Shown in pieces: positions 12,953 through 27,768 of a stretch of DNA of 64,000 nucleotides (the stretch's first letter is position 1; each line of letters begins with the position of its first letter). The stretch comes from Eledone cirrhosa (Eukaryota), in NCBI GenBank assembly GCA_964016885.1, contig OZ024757.1, positions 5,022,001-5,086,000 of the forward strand. Reading direction: 5' to 3'. The notes below the pieces were generated by a model. The model searched no databases. It saw nothing but the letters and a program-made list of their open reading frames with translations, and had not been told where the DNA came from. A program made the position numbers and the translations under genes.

Positions 12953-13690
12953 CACTGAAACTCATTAATTTGAAAGGTATTAGTAGATTATATGCTACAT
13001 TTAATACAGAAATGGCCTCTAAAGGACTAGAACTCTTCAATTTGAAGGAAATAGTAGGTTATATGCCACATGTAATGGCTTCTAAAGGAGTAAAGCTCAA
13101 TAATTCAAAGGAAATAGTAGTGTATGTGCAATATTTAATACAGAAATGGCCGTTGAAGGACTAGAACGAATTTATTTGGAGTAAATAGTAGTATATGTGT
13201 AATATTTAATACAGAAAAAGCTTGTAAATGACTGGAACTCTTCGATTTGAAGGAAATAGTATAGTATATGCAACATTTAATATAGAAATGGTTTCTAAAG
13301 GATTAAACTCATTAATTCGAAGGAAATAGTACATTATATGCAATATTTAATACAGAAATGGCTTCTAAAGGACTAGAAATCTGCGATTCAAAGGAGAAAT
13401 AGTAGTATATATGCCATATTTAATACAGAAATGGCTTCTAAATGACTAGAACTTTTAATTTGAAGGAAATAGTACATTATATGCCATATTTAATATGGAA
13501 ATTGCTTCTTAAGGACAATAACTCTTTAATTCATAGTAAATAGTAGTATGTATGCAATATTTAATATGTAAATAGCTTCCACAGGGCTAGAACTCATTAA
13601 TTCGAAGGGAATAGTAGTGTATATGCAATGTTTAATACAGAAACGACTTCTACAGGATGACATCTAATATATTTGGAGGAAATAGAAGTA
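12953..13690 (-). repeat. 71-bp satellite, orientation B
   Basis: Repeating aatatttaatacagaaatggcttcta. Confidence 0.93.
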
Positions 13691-16218
13691 TATATATATA
13701 CTATAGATCAGGGGAGCACTCTAGTCAGTTAGATTTTATCCTCATCAGAGGACGTGACAGATGGACGGCCGTAAACACAAAAGCCTTCCCTAGTGAGGAA
13801 TGTACATCCCAACATAGCTTAGTTGTCAGCGACCTCACGGTCAGAACTAGACGAACCCGGAAACAGAGGCCAACCTGGAGAAGAAAGATCTGGAAGCTGA
13901 AAGTTCCCTCAACCAGTAACAGATTTAAAGATATTTTACTCAACGCCTACGACAGAAAAGAAGAACAGATAGAGACATTTAACGTAGAAGAGAACTGGGA
14001 GTTCCTAAAAAATAATTTACTAGAGGCGACGGATGAGGTCTGTGGCTGGAGTAAGTAAGACCACAAGCAGGAGGAGAGTGACTTGGTGGTGGAACAATAA
14101 GGTAGATGAAGCAGTTAAGGCCAAGAGACAGGCATGGAAAGAATGGAAGAACGGGGCGAGCAGGGTACATTACATAGAGACCAAGAGGGAAGCTAGGTGA
14201 CAAGTATACTTAGCTAGGAGGGAAGCAGAGGATAGAAAATTCAAGCATGTTTTACAACGTGAGGACCAGAAACAGGAGGTATTCAAGATTGCGAGGCAGT
14301 GTGTCAGAGATAGTTGTGATGTCATTGGAGAGAAGTGTATCCGGAATGATAAAGGTGAGCTTGCCCTCACAAGTGCTGAGAAGAAAGATGCATGGAAGAG
14401 TCATTATGATAGATTATTAAATGAGGAGAATGCACGGGAAGAAGAGACCCTACACCAAGTAGACCCTATAGAGGGACCAGCAGTACAAGTCAGCAGCAGC
14501 GTAGTAAGTAAGGCAATCAAAGATATGAAGATGGGGAAGGCAACCGGTCCATCGGGTATAGCTGCCGAGATGCTGAAGGCATCTGGGTCTGTAGGTCACA
14601 CTATAACCACACGTATTGTTAACCAGGTAATACTAGAAGCGGCCATACCAAAAGATTGGTGCAGTAGCATCATTGTCAACTGCTACAAACTAGATAGAGG
14701 AAACTATAGAGGTATAAAGTTGATGGACCAGGTCATGAAAGTCACAGAAAGAGTTATAGCACAGTTGATTAGGGACCGGGTGAAAATAGACGAGATGCAA
14801 TTTGGGTTTGTACCAGGAAGAGGCACCACTGATGTGCTCTTCCTTGTGAGGCAATTACAGGAAAAGTACCTAGCTAAAAGTAAGCCACTCTACTTGGCAT
14901 TTGTCGATCTTGAGAAAGCCTTTGACAGAGTTCCACGTGCTGTAATCTGGTGGGCTCTTAGAAAACTAGGAGTAGATGAATGGCTTGTGAAAGCGGTACA
15001 AGCCATGTATAGGGGAGCAGTCAGCAAAGTTAGGATTAGCAATGAGTATAGCAAGGAATTTAGCGTACAGGTTGGGGTCCACCAGGGCTCTGTTCTTAGC
15101 CCTCTCCTGTTCATCATAGTCCTGCAGGCAATAACAGAGGAGTTTAAGACCGGATGCCCATGGGAACTCCTGTATGCTGATGACCTCGCACTCATAGCTG
15201 AATCTATGGAGATGTAGCGGGATCTCAGGAAGCTTAATTAAGAATGTAGGATTCACATGCAGCAGCTATGCTGAGACAGCAAGCAGCAAACAGCCACAGG
15301 AAACAAGTACCACCAATCTCTGGGAGGGCCCTGTAGAAACAGTAGACAGCTTCTGCTACCTAGGTGACTGAATTAGCAACGGAGGTGGGTGTTCAGAAAG
15401 TACAATAACTAGGGTAAGAATGGGATGGAAGAAGTTTAGGTAACTACTACCACTGCTAGCTGCAAAAGACTTCTCCCTCAGAATGAAAGGCAGACTGTAT
15501 GATGCGTGTATCCGAACAGCGATGTTTCATGGTAGTGAGACCTGGGCGCTGAAGGTGGAAGACTTACGTAGATTAGAGAGAAACGAAGCCTGCATGCTCC
15601 GATGGATGTGTAACAGTAATATATGTGAACGACAAAGCATAAATGAATTGAGAGAGAGACTGAGCATAAGAGGAATCAAATGCTGTGTGCAGGAGAGGCA
15701 GTTGCGCTGGTATGGACATGTGATGCGTATGAAGGATGACAGCTGCATAAAAAGGTGCAGAGCACTAGAAGTTGATGGAAACCGCGGAGTGGGGAGACCC
15801 AAGATGACCTGGGATGAGGTGATAAAAGCTGACCTTACCCAATTACACCTCTCAAAGACAATGACACACGACCGTGACTTCTGGCGTCACGCAGTAATAC
15901 AGAGTACCCGACCTCCCATGGGTACAAGCTGAAGCACATAGACAATATGCCCCCACCGCAAGGTGCTCGTGGAGGTGACATGGCAAAAAAGCACCCAGCC
16001 CACACTGTAAAGTGGACGTGTAGGCGCCACGAAAAAGCACCCAGCACTCACTGTAAATGAGGTTGGTGTTAGGAAGGGCATCCAGCTGTAGAAATCAAGC
16101 CAAATCAGTTCCTGTATGAACAAGGCATGGTCAGCCGACCAGACACTGCCCACAACAGGACAACCCGTCTAACCCATGCTAGCGTGGAAGAACGGACGTA
16201 AAATGGTGATGATGATGA
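13691..16218 (+). pseudogene. Degenerate RTE LINE (end of APE, RT, 3'UTR) inserted in satellite
   Basis: SQLDFIL...SQHSLVV (APE end); RT ORFs 14525-15217 (YADD) and 15483-15932; stops and a deletion of part of the PHD; (gat)n tail. Confidence 0.92.
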
Positions 16219-19200
16219 TATGTAATATTTAATATGGAAATAGCTTCCAAAGACTTAGAAACCAGTAATTCGAAGGAAATAGTAGAGTATACACAATATT
16301 TAATACAGAAATGGCTTCTAAAGCACTAGAACTCTTTAATTTTAAGGAAATATTACAGTATATGCAATATATAATAAAGAAATGGCTGTCAAAAGACTAG
16401 AACTAATATATTTGCAAGAAATAGTAGTATATATGTAATGTCTTCTGAAGCACTAGAACTCTTTAATTTGAAGGATATTAATAGATTATATGCAATATTT
16501 AATATGTAAATAGATTCCACAGGACGAGAACTCATTAATTTGAAGGAAATATTGCACATATACTACTATCTCCCTCATAAGTATGAGCTTTACTCCTTTA
16601 GAGGCAATTTCCTTATTACATGTGACATATAATCTACTATTTCCTTCGAATTGAAGAGTTCTAGTAATTTAGAGGCCATTTCTGTATTAAATATAGCATA
16701 AAATCTAGTAATACCCTTCAAATTAATGAGTTTGAGCCTTGTAGAAGCCATTTCTGTATTAAATATTGCATATACACTACTATTTCGTACAAATTAATGA
16801 GTTGTAGCACTGTAGAAGCTATTTATGAATTAAATATTGCATATAATCTATTAATACTCTTCAAATTAAAAAGTTTTAGTCCTGTAGAAGCCATTTCTGT
16901 ATTAAATATTGCTTTCATACTACTATTTACTACAAATTAAAAGTTCTTGTCCTCAAGAAGCCATTCCCATATTAAATGTGGCATATAATGTACTATTTCT
17001 TTTGAATTAAAATTTCTAGTCCTTTTCTAGACTTTTCTGAATTAAATATTGCACATATACAAATATATTCGTTCTAGTCTCTTGACAGCCATTTCTGTAT
17101 TAAATATGGCATATATACTACTATTTCCTTTGAATTGAGGAGTTCTAGTCTTTTAGAAGCCATTTCTGTATTAAATATGGCATATAATCTACTAATATCC
17201 TTTGAATTAATGAGTTTTCGTCCTGTAGAAGCCATTTCTCTATTAAATATTGCATATAATGTACTATTTCCTTCAAATTAATGAGATTTAGCACTTTAGA
17301 AACCATTTCTATATTAAATGTTGCATATAAAATACTATTTCCTTCGAATCGAAGAGTTCTATTCCTTTAGAAGCCATTTCTGTATTAAATATTGCACATA
17401 CACTACTATTTCCCTCAAATTAATGAGCTTTAGTCCTTTAGAAGCCATTTCCGTATTGTGTATAGAATATAATCTACTAATACCCTTTAAATTAAAGCAT
17501 TCTAGTCCTTTAGAAGACATTTCTGTATTAAATATAGCGTATATACTACTATTTCCTCAAATTATATTAATTTTACTCCTTTAGAAGACATTTCTTTATT
17601 AAATATAGCATATACTCTACTATTTCTTTCGAATTGAGGCATTGTAGTCTTCTGAAGGTCATTTCTGCATTAAATGTGGCATATAATCTACTAATACCCT
17701 TAAATTAATGAGTTTCAACCCTATAGAAGTAATTTCCGTAACAAATATTACATATACACTACTATTGTGTTCAAATCAATGATACTGTAGTGACCTACAT
17801 TCCGCGGGCTCACATACATTCTCTGTGCGTGATTTGGCTCAGTTCAGCCAATCAGCGCCAGTAGAAGAGGATGTATCCCTACGCGCCCTGAGGAAGAAAT
17901 TCCCCGCGAAGATTTGAAGAATCTCTCTCTTGTACCAGAAACTTAGAGCCAGCAACACGCATAATGTAGCAGTGAGATATTGCAGCCCTAGCCTCGCCGG
18001 CTTAACGGCGCAATGGCACATTCCATTTTATAACCTCTTTTTATCTGTAACTTCAACCATATAAATAAACAAACATTTCATCTCTAATTACTGCGGTTGA
18101 AGTCGTTATTATGTTACTCGTGTCTCAATAACAACTTTAATCCATGCTGCTGAAATTGGCGACCTGACGAAAGGAATATTGTAAATAGATGGTAAATAGA
18201 TCGAGGGACCTTCCCTCACGTCTATGTCAACAAGATAATCCAACGAGGATACTATCACTTACCACACTGGCAACTAACGACCACTGATTCTACCACCCTG
18301 CTAAAGTGGCGATAACATCTATAACTAATACTGCTAAAAGTTCAAGCACTGTAGAAGCTATTTATGTATTAAATATTGCGTATACTCTACTATTTCCTTC
18401 AAATTTATGGGTTCTAGCTCTGTTGAAGCTATTTCTCTGTTAAATATTGCATATACTGTACTATTTCCTTTGAATCGAAGAGTTCTATTCCTTTAGAAGC
18501 AATTTCTGTATTGAATATTACACATACATTACTATTTCCCTCAAATTAATGAGATTTAGTCCTTTAGAAGCCATTTCCGTATTAAATATGGCATATATAC
18601 TACTATTTCCTCCAATTATGTTAGTTTTACTCCCTTAGAATCCATTTCTTTCTTAAATATGCCATATAATCTACAAATATCCTTCAAATTAATGACTTCT
18701 AGTCCTTCACAAGCCATTTCTGTATTAAATATTGCATATAATGTACTATTTCCTTTGAATTAATGAGCTTCTGCCCTTTAGAAGCCATTTCTATATTAAG
18801 TATGGCATATATACTACTATTTCCTTCGAATTAATGAGCTTTACTCCTTTAGAGACCATTTATTTATTACATGTGGTATATAATCTACTCTTTCCTATAA
18901 ACTGAAAAGTTCTAGTCTTTTAGAGGCAATTTCTGTATTAAATATAGCATATAATGTATTAATGTCCCTCATATTAATGAATTTCAGCCCTGTAGAAGTT
19001 ATTTCTGTATTAAATATAGCATATAATGTATTAATGCCCCTCATATTAATCAGTTTCAGCCCTGTAGAAGTTATTTCTGTATTAAATATTGCATATACAC
19101 TACTATTTCCTTCGAATTAATGAGTTCTAGCCCTGTGGAATCTATTTACATATTAAATATTGCATAATATCTATTAATATCCTTCAAATTAAAGAGTTCT

Positions 19201-19380
19201 AGTGCTTCAGAAGCAATTTCTGTATTAAATATTACATATATACTACTATTTACTACAAATATATTAGTTCTAGTCCTTTGACAGTGATTTCTGTATTGAA
19301 TATTGCATATACTGTACTATTTCCTTAAAATTAAAGAGTTCTAGTGCTTTATAAGCCATTTCTGTATTAAATATGGCATA
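16219..19380. repeat. 71-bp satellite (B to ~16550, then A), interrupted at ~17783-18338
   Basis: Monomer motifs on both strands with a switch at ggaaatattgcacata. Confidence 0.93.
17786..18338 (+). mobile_element. LTR retrotransposon fragment: LTR plus PBS
   Basis: Begins TGTAGTG; CCAAT and AATAAA inside; followed at 18157 by TGGCGACC, a typical gypsy-type PBS; absent from the paralogous monomer at ~26215-26235. Confidence 0.6.
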
Positions 19381-20002
19381 CACTCTACTACACTCAGTAC
19401 ACAGTAATGTCAGGAAGGCCCTGAACAAGGATATAATATGCTACACTTAGTACACAGTGGTATTGCAGGCAGGTATGACCCCATCACTCATTATGAAACC
19501 TGGTAGAGTACATCACCTCTCCATGTCTTAATAAAACAGACAGAGAGTGAGAAAGAGATATAGAGGAAGAATTAACCCCTAGTATTTGACTGGTACTTTA
19601 TTATCAACCCCGAATGGAAGAAAAGTAAAGTTGAACTCAGATTAAAGAACTGGAAAATATACTACAAAGAATTCTATGTGATGTTCTAACAACTTTACCA
19701 GATTACCTTATGTATATATATTTGTCTCTAGAGATAAGAAACACTGAAGAAGTTTAGTATGAACCCCCTTAGAGTATCTCCTGAGCAGGATTGAACCCCA
19801 GACCAGAACCTCCACCATCTCTCGTATCTCCCACCAGACCACCCTGAAGGATATAAGAATCTACTGAAATTTAATACTTATAAACCTACTTTCAAAATAG
19901 AAATAAAAATGATGTGGTGTTGGTTATGCCTTTCTTAATGTATTTGGTTTAAAAGGTAGTTGAACCTAAAATTTCAATGTTTAAATAATTATTGAATAGA
20001 TA

Positions 20003-20480
20003 CTCGCCGTTCTCAACGACATATTGAGAAGAAGCCTGGACGCAGCTGGCTTCCCATCACAACTGGGGCTAACAGGTCCCCGAGATGGCAAGCGGCCCGA
20101 CGGAATCACTCTCTTCCCATTCGAAGGACGTAGGTCCCTCATCTGGGACACCACCAGCTACGACACAATCTCCGCCTCCAACTTCGTTTCCAAGTCGTTT
20201 CGGTCACAAACCCCGGCATCGCAGCCCACCTTCCAGAAGAACGTAAAATAAACAAATACCGAGGATTGTCCGGCAATTCCTCTCTGCAACAGTCAACGTC
20301 GAGACCCCAGGAGTACTTGGACCCCGTACTGCCGAGCTCCTCCACAAGATCGGAGCGTCAGCGGCCCGTCTGAGGAGGGAACCCCGCGAGGTTGGGTGGT
20401 TGTTGCATTGGGTATCTCTGGCCATCGTCTGCGAGAATACTTTTGCCGTCTTATCCGTGGGGCGCAGCATTTCTGACCTC
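20003..20480 (+). pseudogene. CRE-like non-LTR retrotransposon RLE endonuclease fragment
   Basis: DGKRPDGITLFPFEGRRSLIWDTTSYDT, and in another frame EPREVGWLLHWVSLAIVCEN; frameshifted. Confidence 0.75.
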
Positions 20481-20774
20481 TTGCCCTAGACTCAAAGCTC
20501 AACCACCCTCCCCTCTCTTCTGCGACACCAGACCTCTTGCCATCCCCTCTCCTTCCCGTTCTGTTTCTTCTTTCTTTCTCTCTTCGATTTAATCAACTTT
20601 CCCCTCCCCCAAATTACTGGCCTTCCACCTTTACTAGAAACCATCATTATTATTGTTATTCTTACTGTAAATAATATCATGTTTATACAGTTTTGATAAT
20701 AAATAAATTGTTCATTACAAACTTGTTTATATAATTATTAATTCTCAAAACACACACACAACTGTGTTGTAAAT

Positions 20775-21185
20775 ATAGATTTTGATATCCTTGTTCAGGG
20801 CCTTCCTACCATTACTGTGTACTAAGTGTAGCATTTTATATCCTTGTTCAGGGCCTTCCTAACATTACTGTGTACTGAGTGTAGCATTTTATATCCTTGT
20901 TCAGGGCCTTTCTAACATTACTGTGTACTAAGTGTAGATTTGGATATCCTTGTTCAGGGCCTTCCTAACATTATTGTGTACAGAGTGTAGATTTTAACAT
21001 CCTTGTTCTGGGCCTTCCTAAAACTACTGTGTTCTAAGTGTAGATTTTGATATCCTTGTTCAGGGCCTTCCTAACATTACTCTGTATTAATTGTAGCTTT
21101 TAACATCATCCATGTTCAGGGCCTTCCTAACACCACTGTGTATTAAGTGTAGCTTTAACATCCTTGTTCAGGGCCTTCATAATAC
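20775..21185 (+). repeat. 53-bp minisatellite (~8 copies)
   Basis: atccttgttcagggccttcctaacattactgtgtactaagtgtag; atcc at 20787, 20840, 20893. Confidence 0.95.
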
Positions 21186-21324
21186 CAGACTAGGTAATGT
21201 GTTGCAGGGGAACTAAGTATGTCCTTAAGTTTCTGTAATGTACCCTAGTTGGCCTTCATGGTAGCACCAGCCCTGTATAAAACTGTGATACTTTAAAGTT
21301 CAGTAATCTACCAATCTGATGTCT

Positions 21325-22250
21325 GTACTCTAGCTGGTTGTCTGTCTCTCTGTACCCTAGGTGGCCCTATGTCTGCCTGAGGTCTGTACCCTAGGTGGCC
21401 CTATGTCTCCCTGAGATCTGTACCCTAGGTGGCTGGGTGTCTCCCTGAGGTCTGTACTCTAGGTGGCTCTGTGTCTGTCTGAGATCTGTACCCTAGGTGG
21501 CTCTGTGTCTCTCTGAGGTCTGTACCCTAGGTGGCCCTATGTCTCCCTGAGATCTGTACCCTAGGTGGCTGGGTGTCTCCCTGAGGTCTGTACTCTAGGT
21601 GGCTCTGTGTCTGTCTGAGATCTGTACCCTAGGTGGCTCTGTGTCTGTCTGAGATCTGTACCCTAGGTGGCTCTGTGTCTCTCTGAGGTCTGTACCCTAG
21701 GTGGCCCTATGTCTCTCTCAGGTCTGTACCCTAGGTGGCTCTGTATCTCTCTGAGGTCTGTACCCTAGGTGGCTCTGTGTCTCTCTGATGTCTGTACCCT
21801 AGGTGGGTCTGTGTCTGTCTGAGGTCTGTACCCTAGGTGACTGGTTGTCTCTCTAAGGTCTGTACCCTAGGTGGCTCTGTGTCTCTCTAAGATCTGTACC
21901 CTAGGTGGCTCTGTGTCTCTCTAAGATCTGTACCCTAGGTGGCTCTGTGTCTGTCTGAGGTCTGTACCCTAGGTGGCTCTGTGTCTGTCTGAGGTTTGTA
22001 CCCTAGGTGACTCTGTGTCTCTCTAAGATCTGTACTCTAGGTAGCTCTGTGTCTCTCTAAGATCTGTACCCTAGGTGGCTCTGTGTCTCTCTGAGGTCTG
22101 TACCCTAGGTGACTCTGTGTCTGTCTGAGGTCTGTACCCTAGGTGAGTGGTTGTCTCTCTGAGGTCTGTACCCTAGGTGAGTGGTTGTCTCTCTGAGGTC
22201 TGTACCCTAGGTAGCTCTGTGTCTCTCTGAGGTCTGTACCCTAGGTAGCT
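21325..22250 (+). repeat. 34-bp minisatellite (~27 copies)
   Basis: ctgaggtctgtaccctaggtggctctgtgtctct; taccctag at 21353 and 21387. Confidence 0.95.
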
Positions 22251-22294
22251 GTATATAAGGACTAGAACTCTTTAATTAGAATGAAATAGTCGTA

Positions 22295-23210
22295 TATGTG
22301 AACGGCAAAGCATAAACGAACTAAGGAAAACATTAGAAATAAGAGGGATCAGATGTTGTTTACTAGAGAGAAGACTACGTTGGTATGGTCACGTGATGCG
22401 CATGAAAGTCGATAGCTGTATAACAAAGTGCAGGGCAATAAAGATAGACGGTAGCCACGGAATAGGCAGACCTAGAAAAACCTGGGACGAGCTGATAAAC
22501 TCCGACCTCACACACTTACACCTCTCCAAGACAATGTCACTGGACCGAGACCTTTGGCGGTACTCAGTAATAGAGAAGACCCGCCTTACCTAAATACAAA
22601 GTAAAACCTACTACAGTCAGTAGGCATCTCTAACAAAATACACCCCGTCCCACCATCCCCACCCCATCCACACCGCCCCTTTCAATGTAAAGTTATGTTG
22701 GTGTCACAACATCCAGGCCGAAACAAATGAGGTCGTGTAGGTGTCACGACAAAAAAACACACAGTCCACGCTGTAATGTGGCCGTGTAGGCAACACGGTA
22801 AAAACCTCCCAGACCCACACTGTAAATGTGGTTGGTGTTAGGAAGGGCATCCAGCTGTAGATAACCCGCCAGACAGTCCACGCTGTAATGTGGCCGTGTA
22901 GGCAACACGGTAAAAACCTCCCAGCCCCACACTGTAAATGTGGTTGGTGTTAGGAAGGGCATCCAACTGTAGAAAACCCGCCAGACAGTCCACGCTGTAA
23001 TGTGGCCGTGTAGGCAACACGGTAAAAACCTCCCAGACCCACACTGTAAATGTGGTTGGTGTTAGGAAGGGCATCCAACTGTAGAAAACCTGCCAGACAG
23101 TCCTATGCGAGCAAGACAACCACTCTTGCCTCAAGTGGGAAAACCCCCGTCCGAACCCATGCAAGCATGGAACACGGACGTTAAACGTTGATGATGATGA
23201 TGATGATGAT
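22295..23210 (+). mobile_element. RTE 3' fragment with three 112-bp UTR modules
   Basis: Matches 9925-10734; inserted in the first satellite monomer; empty site at ~41340-41355. Confidence 0.92.
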
Positions 23211-24086
23211 GCAATATTTAATAGAGAAATTGCTTCAACAATACTAAATTCATTAATATGAGGGGTATTAGTAATATATATATACCATATTTAATACGTA
23301 AATGGCTTCTAAATGCAGAGAACTAATTTATTCGATGGAAATATTTATTGTATATCCAATATTTAATACAGAAATGTCTTCTACAAGACTAAAAGTCATT
23401 AATATGAAGGTTATTAGTAGTACATATGCCATATTTAATACGCAAATGGCTTCTAAATGAAGAGATCTCTTTAATTCGATGGAAATATACTGTATATCCA
23501 ATATTTAATACAGAACTGTCTTCTACAAAGCTAAAACTCATTTATATAAGGGGTATTAGTAGCGTATATGGCATATTTAATACGGAAATGGGTTCTAAAT
23601 GACTAGAACTCTTTAATTAGAATCAAATAGTAGTATATATGCAATATTTAATGCAGAAATGGCTTCTACAAGACTAAAACTCATTAATATGAGGGGTATT
23701 AGTAGTATATATGCCATATTTAATACGTAAATGGCTTCTAAATGTAGAGAACTTATTTATTCGATGTAAATTGTAGTGTATATCCAATATTTAATATAGA
23801 TATGGCTTCTACAGGATGAAAACTCATTAATATGAGGGGTATTAGTAGATTATATGCCATATTTAATACAGAAATGGGTTCTAAAGGACTAGAACTCTTT
23901 AAATTGAATAAAATACTAGTATATATCCTATATTTAATACAGAAATGCCTTCTAAAGGACTAAAACTCATTAATATGAGGGTATTAGTTGATTATATAAC
24001 ATATTTAATATTTATAAGAGGATGTGTGTATACATGTAATTTAAGTATTCATGTTGCCGTGTATAACCACCACCACCACAAGGGGG

Positions 24087-24117
<31 letters not shown>

Positions 24118-27100
24118 ACTTATAATTGAACAGTAGCTTTGTAGTATTATTTTCCAGTTCTTTAATCTGAGTTCAACTTTACTTTTCTTCCATTCGGGGT
24201 TGATAATAAAGTACCAGTCAAATACTAGGGGTTAATTCTTCCTCTATATCTCTTTCTCACTCTCTGTCTGTTTTATTAAGACATGGAGAGGTGATGTACT
24301 CTACCAGGTTTCATAATGAGTGATGGGGTCATACCTGCCTGCAATACCACTGTGTACTAAGTGTAGCATATTATATCCTTGTTCAGGGCCTTCCTGACAT
24401 TACTGTGTACTGAGTGTAGTAGAGTGTATGCCATATTTAATACAGAAATGGCTTATAAAGCACTAGAACTCTTTTAAATTCAGAGATATCATTAATTCGA
24501 TGGAAATAGTAGTGTATATGCAATATTTAATACAGAAATAGCTTCTACAGGACTAAAACTAATTAATATGAGGGTTATTAGTAGTATATGTGCCATATTT
24601 AATACAGAAATGGCTTCTAAAGGACTAGAACGCTTTAATTCGAATCAAATAGTAGTATAAATGCAATATTTACTCCATAAATGGCTTCTACAAGACTAAA
24701 AATCATTAATATGAGGGTTATTGTTAGATTATATGCCATATTTAATACAGAAATTACTTCTAAATGAAGAAATCTCTTTAATTCGATGGAAATAGTAGAG
24801 TATATCGAATATTTAATAATGAAATGGCTTCTACAGGACTAGAACTCTTTAAATCGAATCAAATAGTAGTATATATCCTATTTTTAATACAGAAACGCCT
24901 TCTACAGGATGACAACTACTATTTTTGGAGGAAATAGAAGTATATATGTAGTGTTTAATACAGAAATAGCTTCTGCAGAGCTAGAAACCAGTAATTCGAA
25001 GGAAATAGTAGAGTATACACAATATTTAATACAGAAATGGCTTCTAAAGCAGTAGAACTCTTTAATTTAAAGGCTATTAGTAATATATATGCCATATTTA
25101 ATACAGAAATGGCTTCTAAAGCACTAGAACCCTTTAATTTTAAGGAAATAGTACAGTATATGCAATATTCAATACAGAAATCACTGTCAAAGGACTAGAA
25201 CTAATATATTTGTAGTAAATAGTAGTATATATGTAATATTTAATACAGAAATGGCTTCTGAAGCACTAGAACTCTTTATTTTCAATTTATAGGAAAGAGT
25301 AGATTATATGCCAGATATAATAAATAAATGGTCTCTAAAGGAGTAAAGCTCATTAATTCGAAGGAAATAGTAGTATATATGCCATACTTAATAAAGAAAT
25401 GGCTTCTACAGGACTAAAACTCACTGATTTGAAGGATATTAGTAGATTATATGCAACATTTAATATAGAAATGGCTTCTAAAGGGCAAAAGCTCATTAAT
25501 TCGAAGGAAATAGTACATTATATGCAATATTTAATACATAAATGGCTTGTAAATGACTAGAAGTCTTTAATTTGAAGGATATTTGTAGATTATATGCCAT
25601 ATTTAATACAGAAATATTTAAGAAAGGAATGAAATCTAAGGGAGTAAAACTAATATAATTGGAGGAAATAGTAGTATATATGCCATATTTAATAAAGAAA
25701 TGGCTTCTAAAGCAGTAGAACTGTTTAATTTGAAGGGTATTAGTAGATTATATGCCATATTTAATACGGAAATGGCTTCTAAAGGATTAAATCTCATTAA
25801 TTCGAGGGCAATAGTAATGTATGAGCAATATTCAATACAGAAATTGCTTCTAAAGGAATAGAACTCCTCGATTCAAAGGAAATAGTACAGTATATGCAAT
25901 ATTTAATAGAGAAATAGCTTCAACAGTGCTAGAACCCATAAATTTGAAGGAAATAGTAGAGTATACGCAATATTTAATGCAGAAATGGCTTCTAAAGGAC
26001 TAGAACTTTTAATTCAAAGGAAATAGTATATTATATGCCATATTTGAATAAGAATTATATGCCATATAAGAATAAGAACTCTTTAATTTGTAGTAAATAG
26101 TAGTATGTATGAAATATTTAATACAGAAACGGCTTCTACAGGACTAAAACTCTTTAATTTGAAGAGTATTAATAGATTATATGCTATATTTAATACATAA
26201 ATAGCTTCTACAGTGCTAGAACTCATTAATTTGAACAAAATAGTAGTGTATATGTAATACTTGATACAGAAATTACTTCTACAGGGCTGAAACTCATTAA
26301 TTTGAAGGGTATTAGTAGATTATATGCCACATTTAATGCAAAAATGGCCTTTAGAAGACTACAACGCCTCAATTTGAAAGATACAGTAGAGTATATGCTA
26401 TATTTAATAAAGAAATGGCTTCTAAAGGAGTAAAATTAATATAATTTGAGGAAATAGTAGTATATACGCCATATTTAATACAGAAATGTCTTCTAAAGGA
26501 CTAGAACTCTTTAATTTAAAGGGTATTAGTAGATTATATGCTATACTCAATACGGAAATGGCTTCTAAAGGACTAAAGCTCATTAATTTGAGGGAAATAT
26601 TTAATACAGAAATGGCTTCTAAAGGGATAGAACTCTTCGATTCAAAGGAAATAGTATTTTATATGCAACATTTAATATAGAAATGGTTTCTAAAGGGCTA
26701 AATTTCATTAATTTGAAGGAAATAGTACATTATATGCAATATTTAATAGAGAAATGGCTTCTACAGGATGAAAACTCATTAATTCAAAGGATATTAGTAG
26801 ATTATATGCCATATTTAATACAGAAATGGCTTCTAAAAGACTAGAACTCCTCAATTCAAAGGAAATAGTAGTATATATGCCATATTTAATACAGAAATGG
26901 CTGTCAAGAGACTAGAACGAATATATTTGTATATGTGCAATATTTAATTCAGAAAAGTCTAGAAAAGGACTAGAAATTTTAATCCAAATGAAATAGTACA
27001 TTATATGCCATATTTAATATGGAAATGGCTTCTTAAGGACAAGAACTTTTTAATTTGTAGTAAATAGTAGTATGAAAGCAATATTTAATACAGAAATGGC

Positions 27101-27768
27101 TTCTACAGGATTAACACTTTTTAATTTGAAGAGTATTAATAGATTATATGCAATATTTAATTCATAAATAGCTTTACAGTGCTACAACTCATTAATTTGA
27201 TAAATAGTAGTGTCTATGCAATATTTAATACAGAAATGGCTTCTACAGAGCTGAAACTCATTAATTTGAAGGGTATTACTAGATTATACGCAATATTTAA
27301 TACAGAAATGGCCTCTAAATTACTAGAACTTTTCAATTCGAAGGAAATAGTAGATTATATGTCACATGTAATAAGGACATTGCCTCTAAAGGAGTAAAGC
27401 TCATAAATTCGAGGGAAATAGTAGTGTATGTGCAATATTTACTTCGAATTAATGAGTTCTCGCCCTGTGGAATCTATTTACGTATTAAATATTGCATATA
27501 ATCTATTAATATCCTTCAAATTAAAGAGTTCTAGTGGTTCAGAAGACATTACATATATACTACTATTTACTACAAATATATTAGTTCTAGTCCTTTGACA
27601 GCCATTTCTGTATTATATATTGCATATACTGTAATATTTCCTTAAAATTAAAGAGTTCTAGTGCTTTAGAAGCCATTTCTGTATTAAATATTGTGTATAC
27701 TCTACTATTTCCTTCGAATTACTGGTTTCTAAGTCTTTGGAAGCTATTTCCGTATTAAATATTACATA
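23211..27768. repeat. 71-bp satellite (B to ~27440, then A), interrupted at ~24010-24420
   Basis: Monomer motifs; strand switch at tgcaatatttacttcg. Confidence 0.93.

Noticed and set aside
20775-22250. Regular short repeats resembling CRISPR arrays (also 39957-41303 and 53200-53810)
   Set aside because: Head-to-tail units with no unique spacers, no cas genes and a eukaryotic context.
26486-27397. Satellite-encoded ORFs (FNTEMASKGL)
   Set aside because: The 71-bp period is not a multiple of 3; these are chance open frames.
27737-27768. Satellite-LINE fusion gene start (MEAISVLNITY)
   Set aside because: A TTG start in the flanking satellite, in frame by chance; the RT has YTDD and a premature stop.
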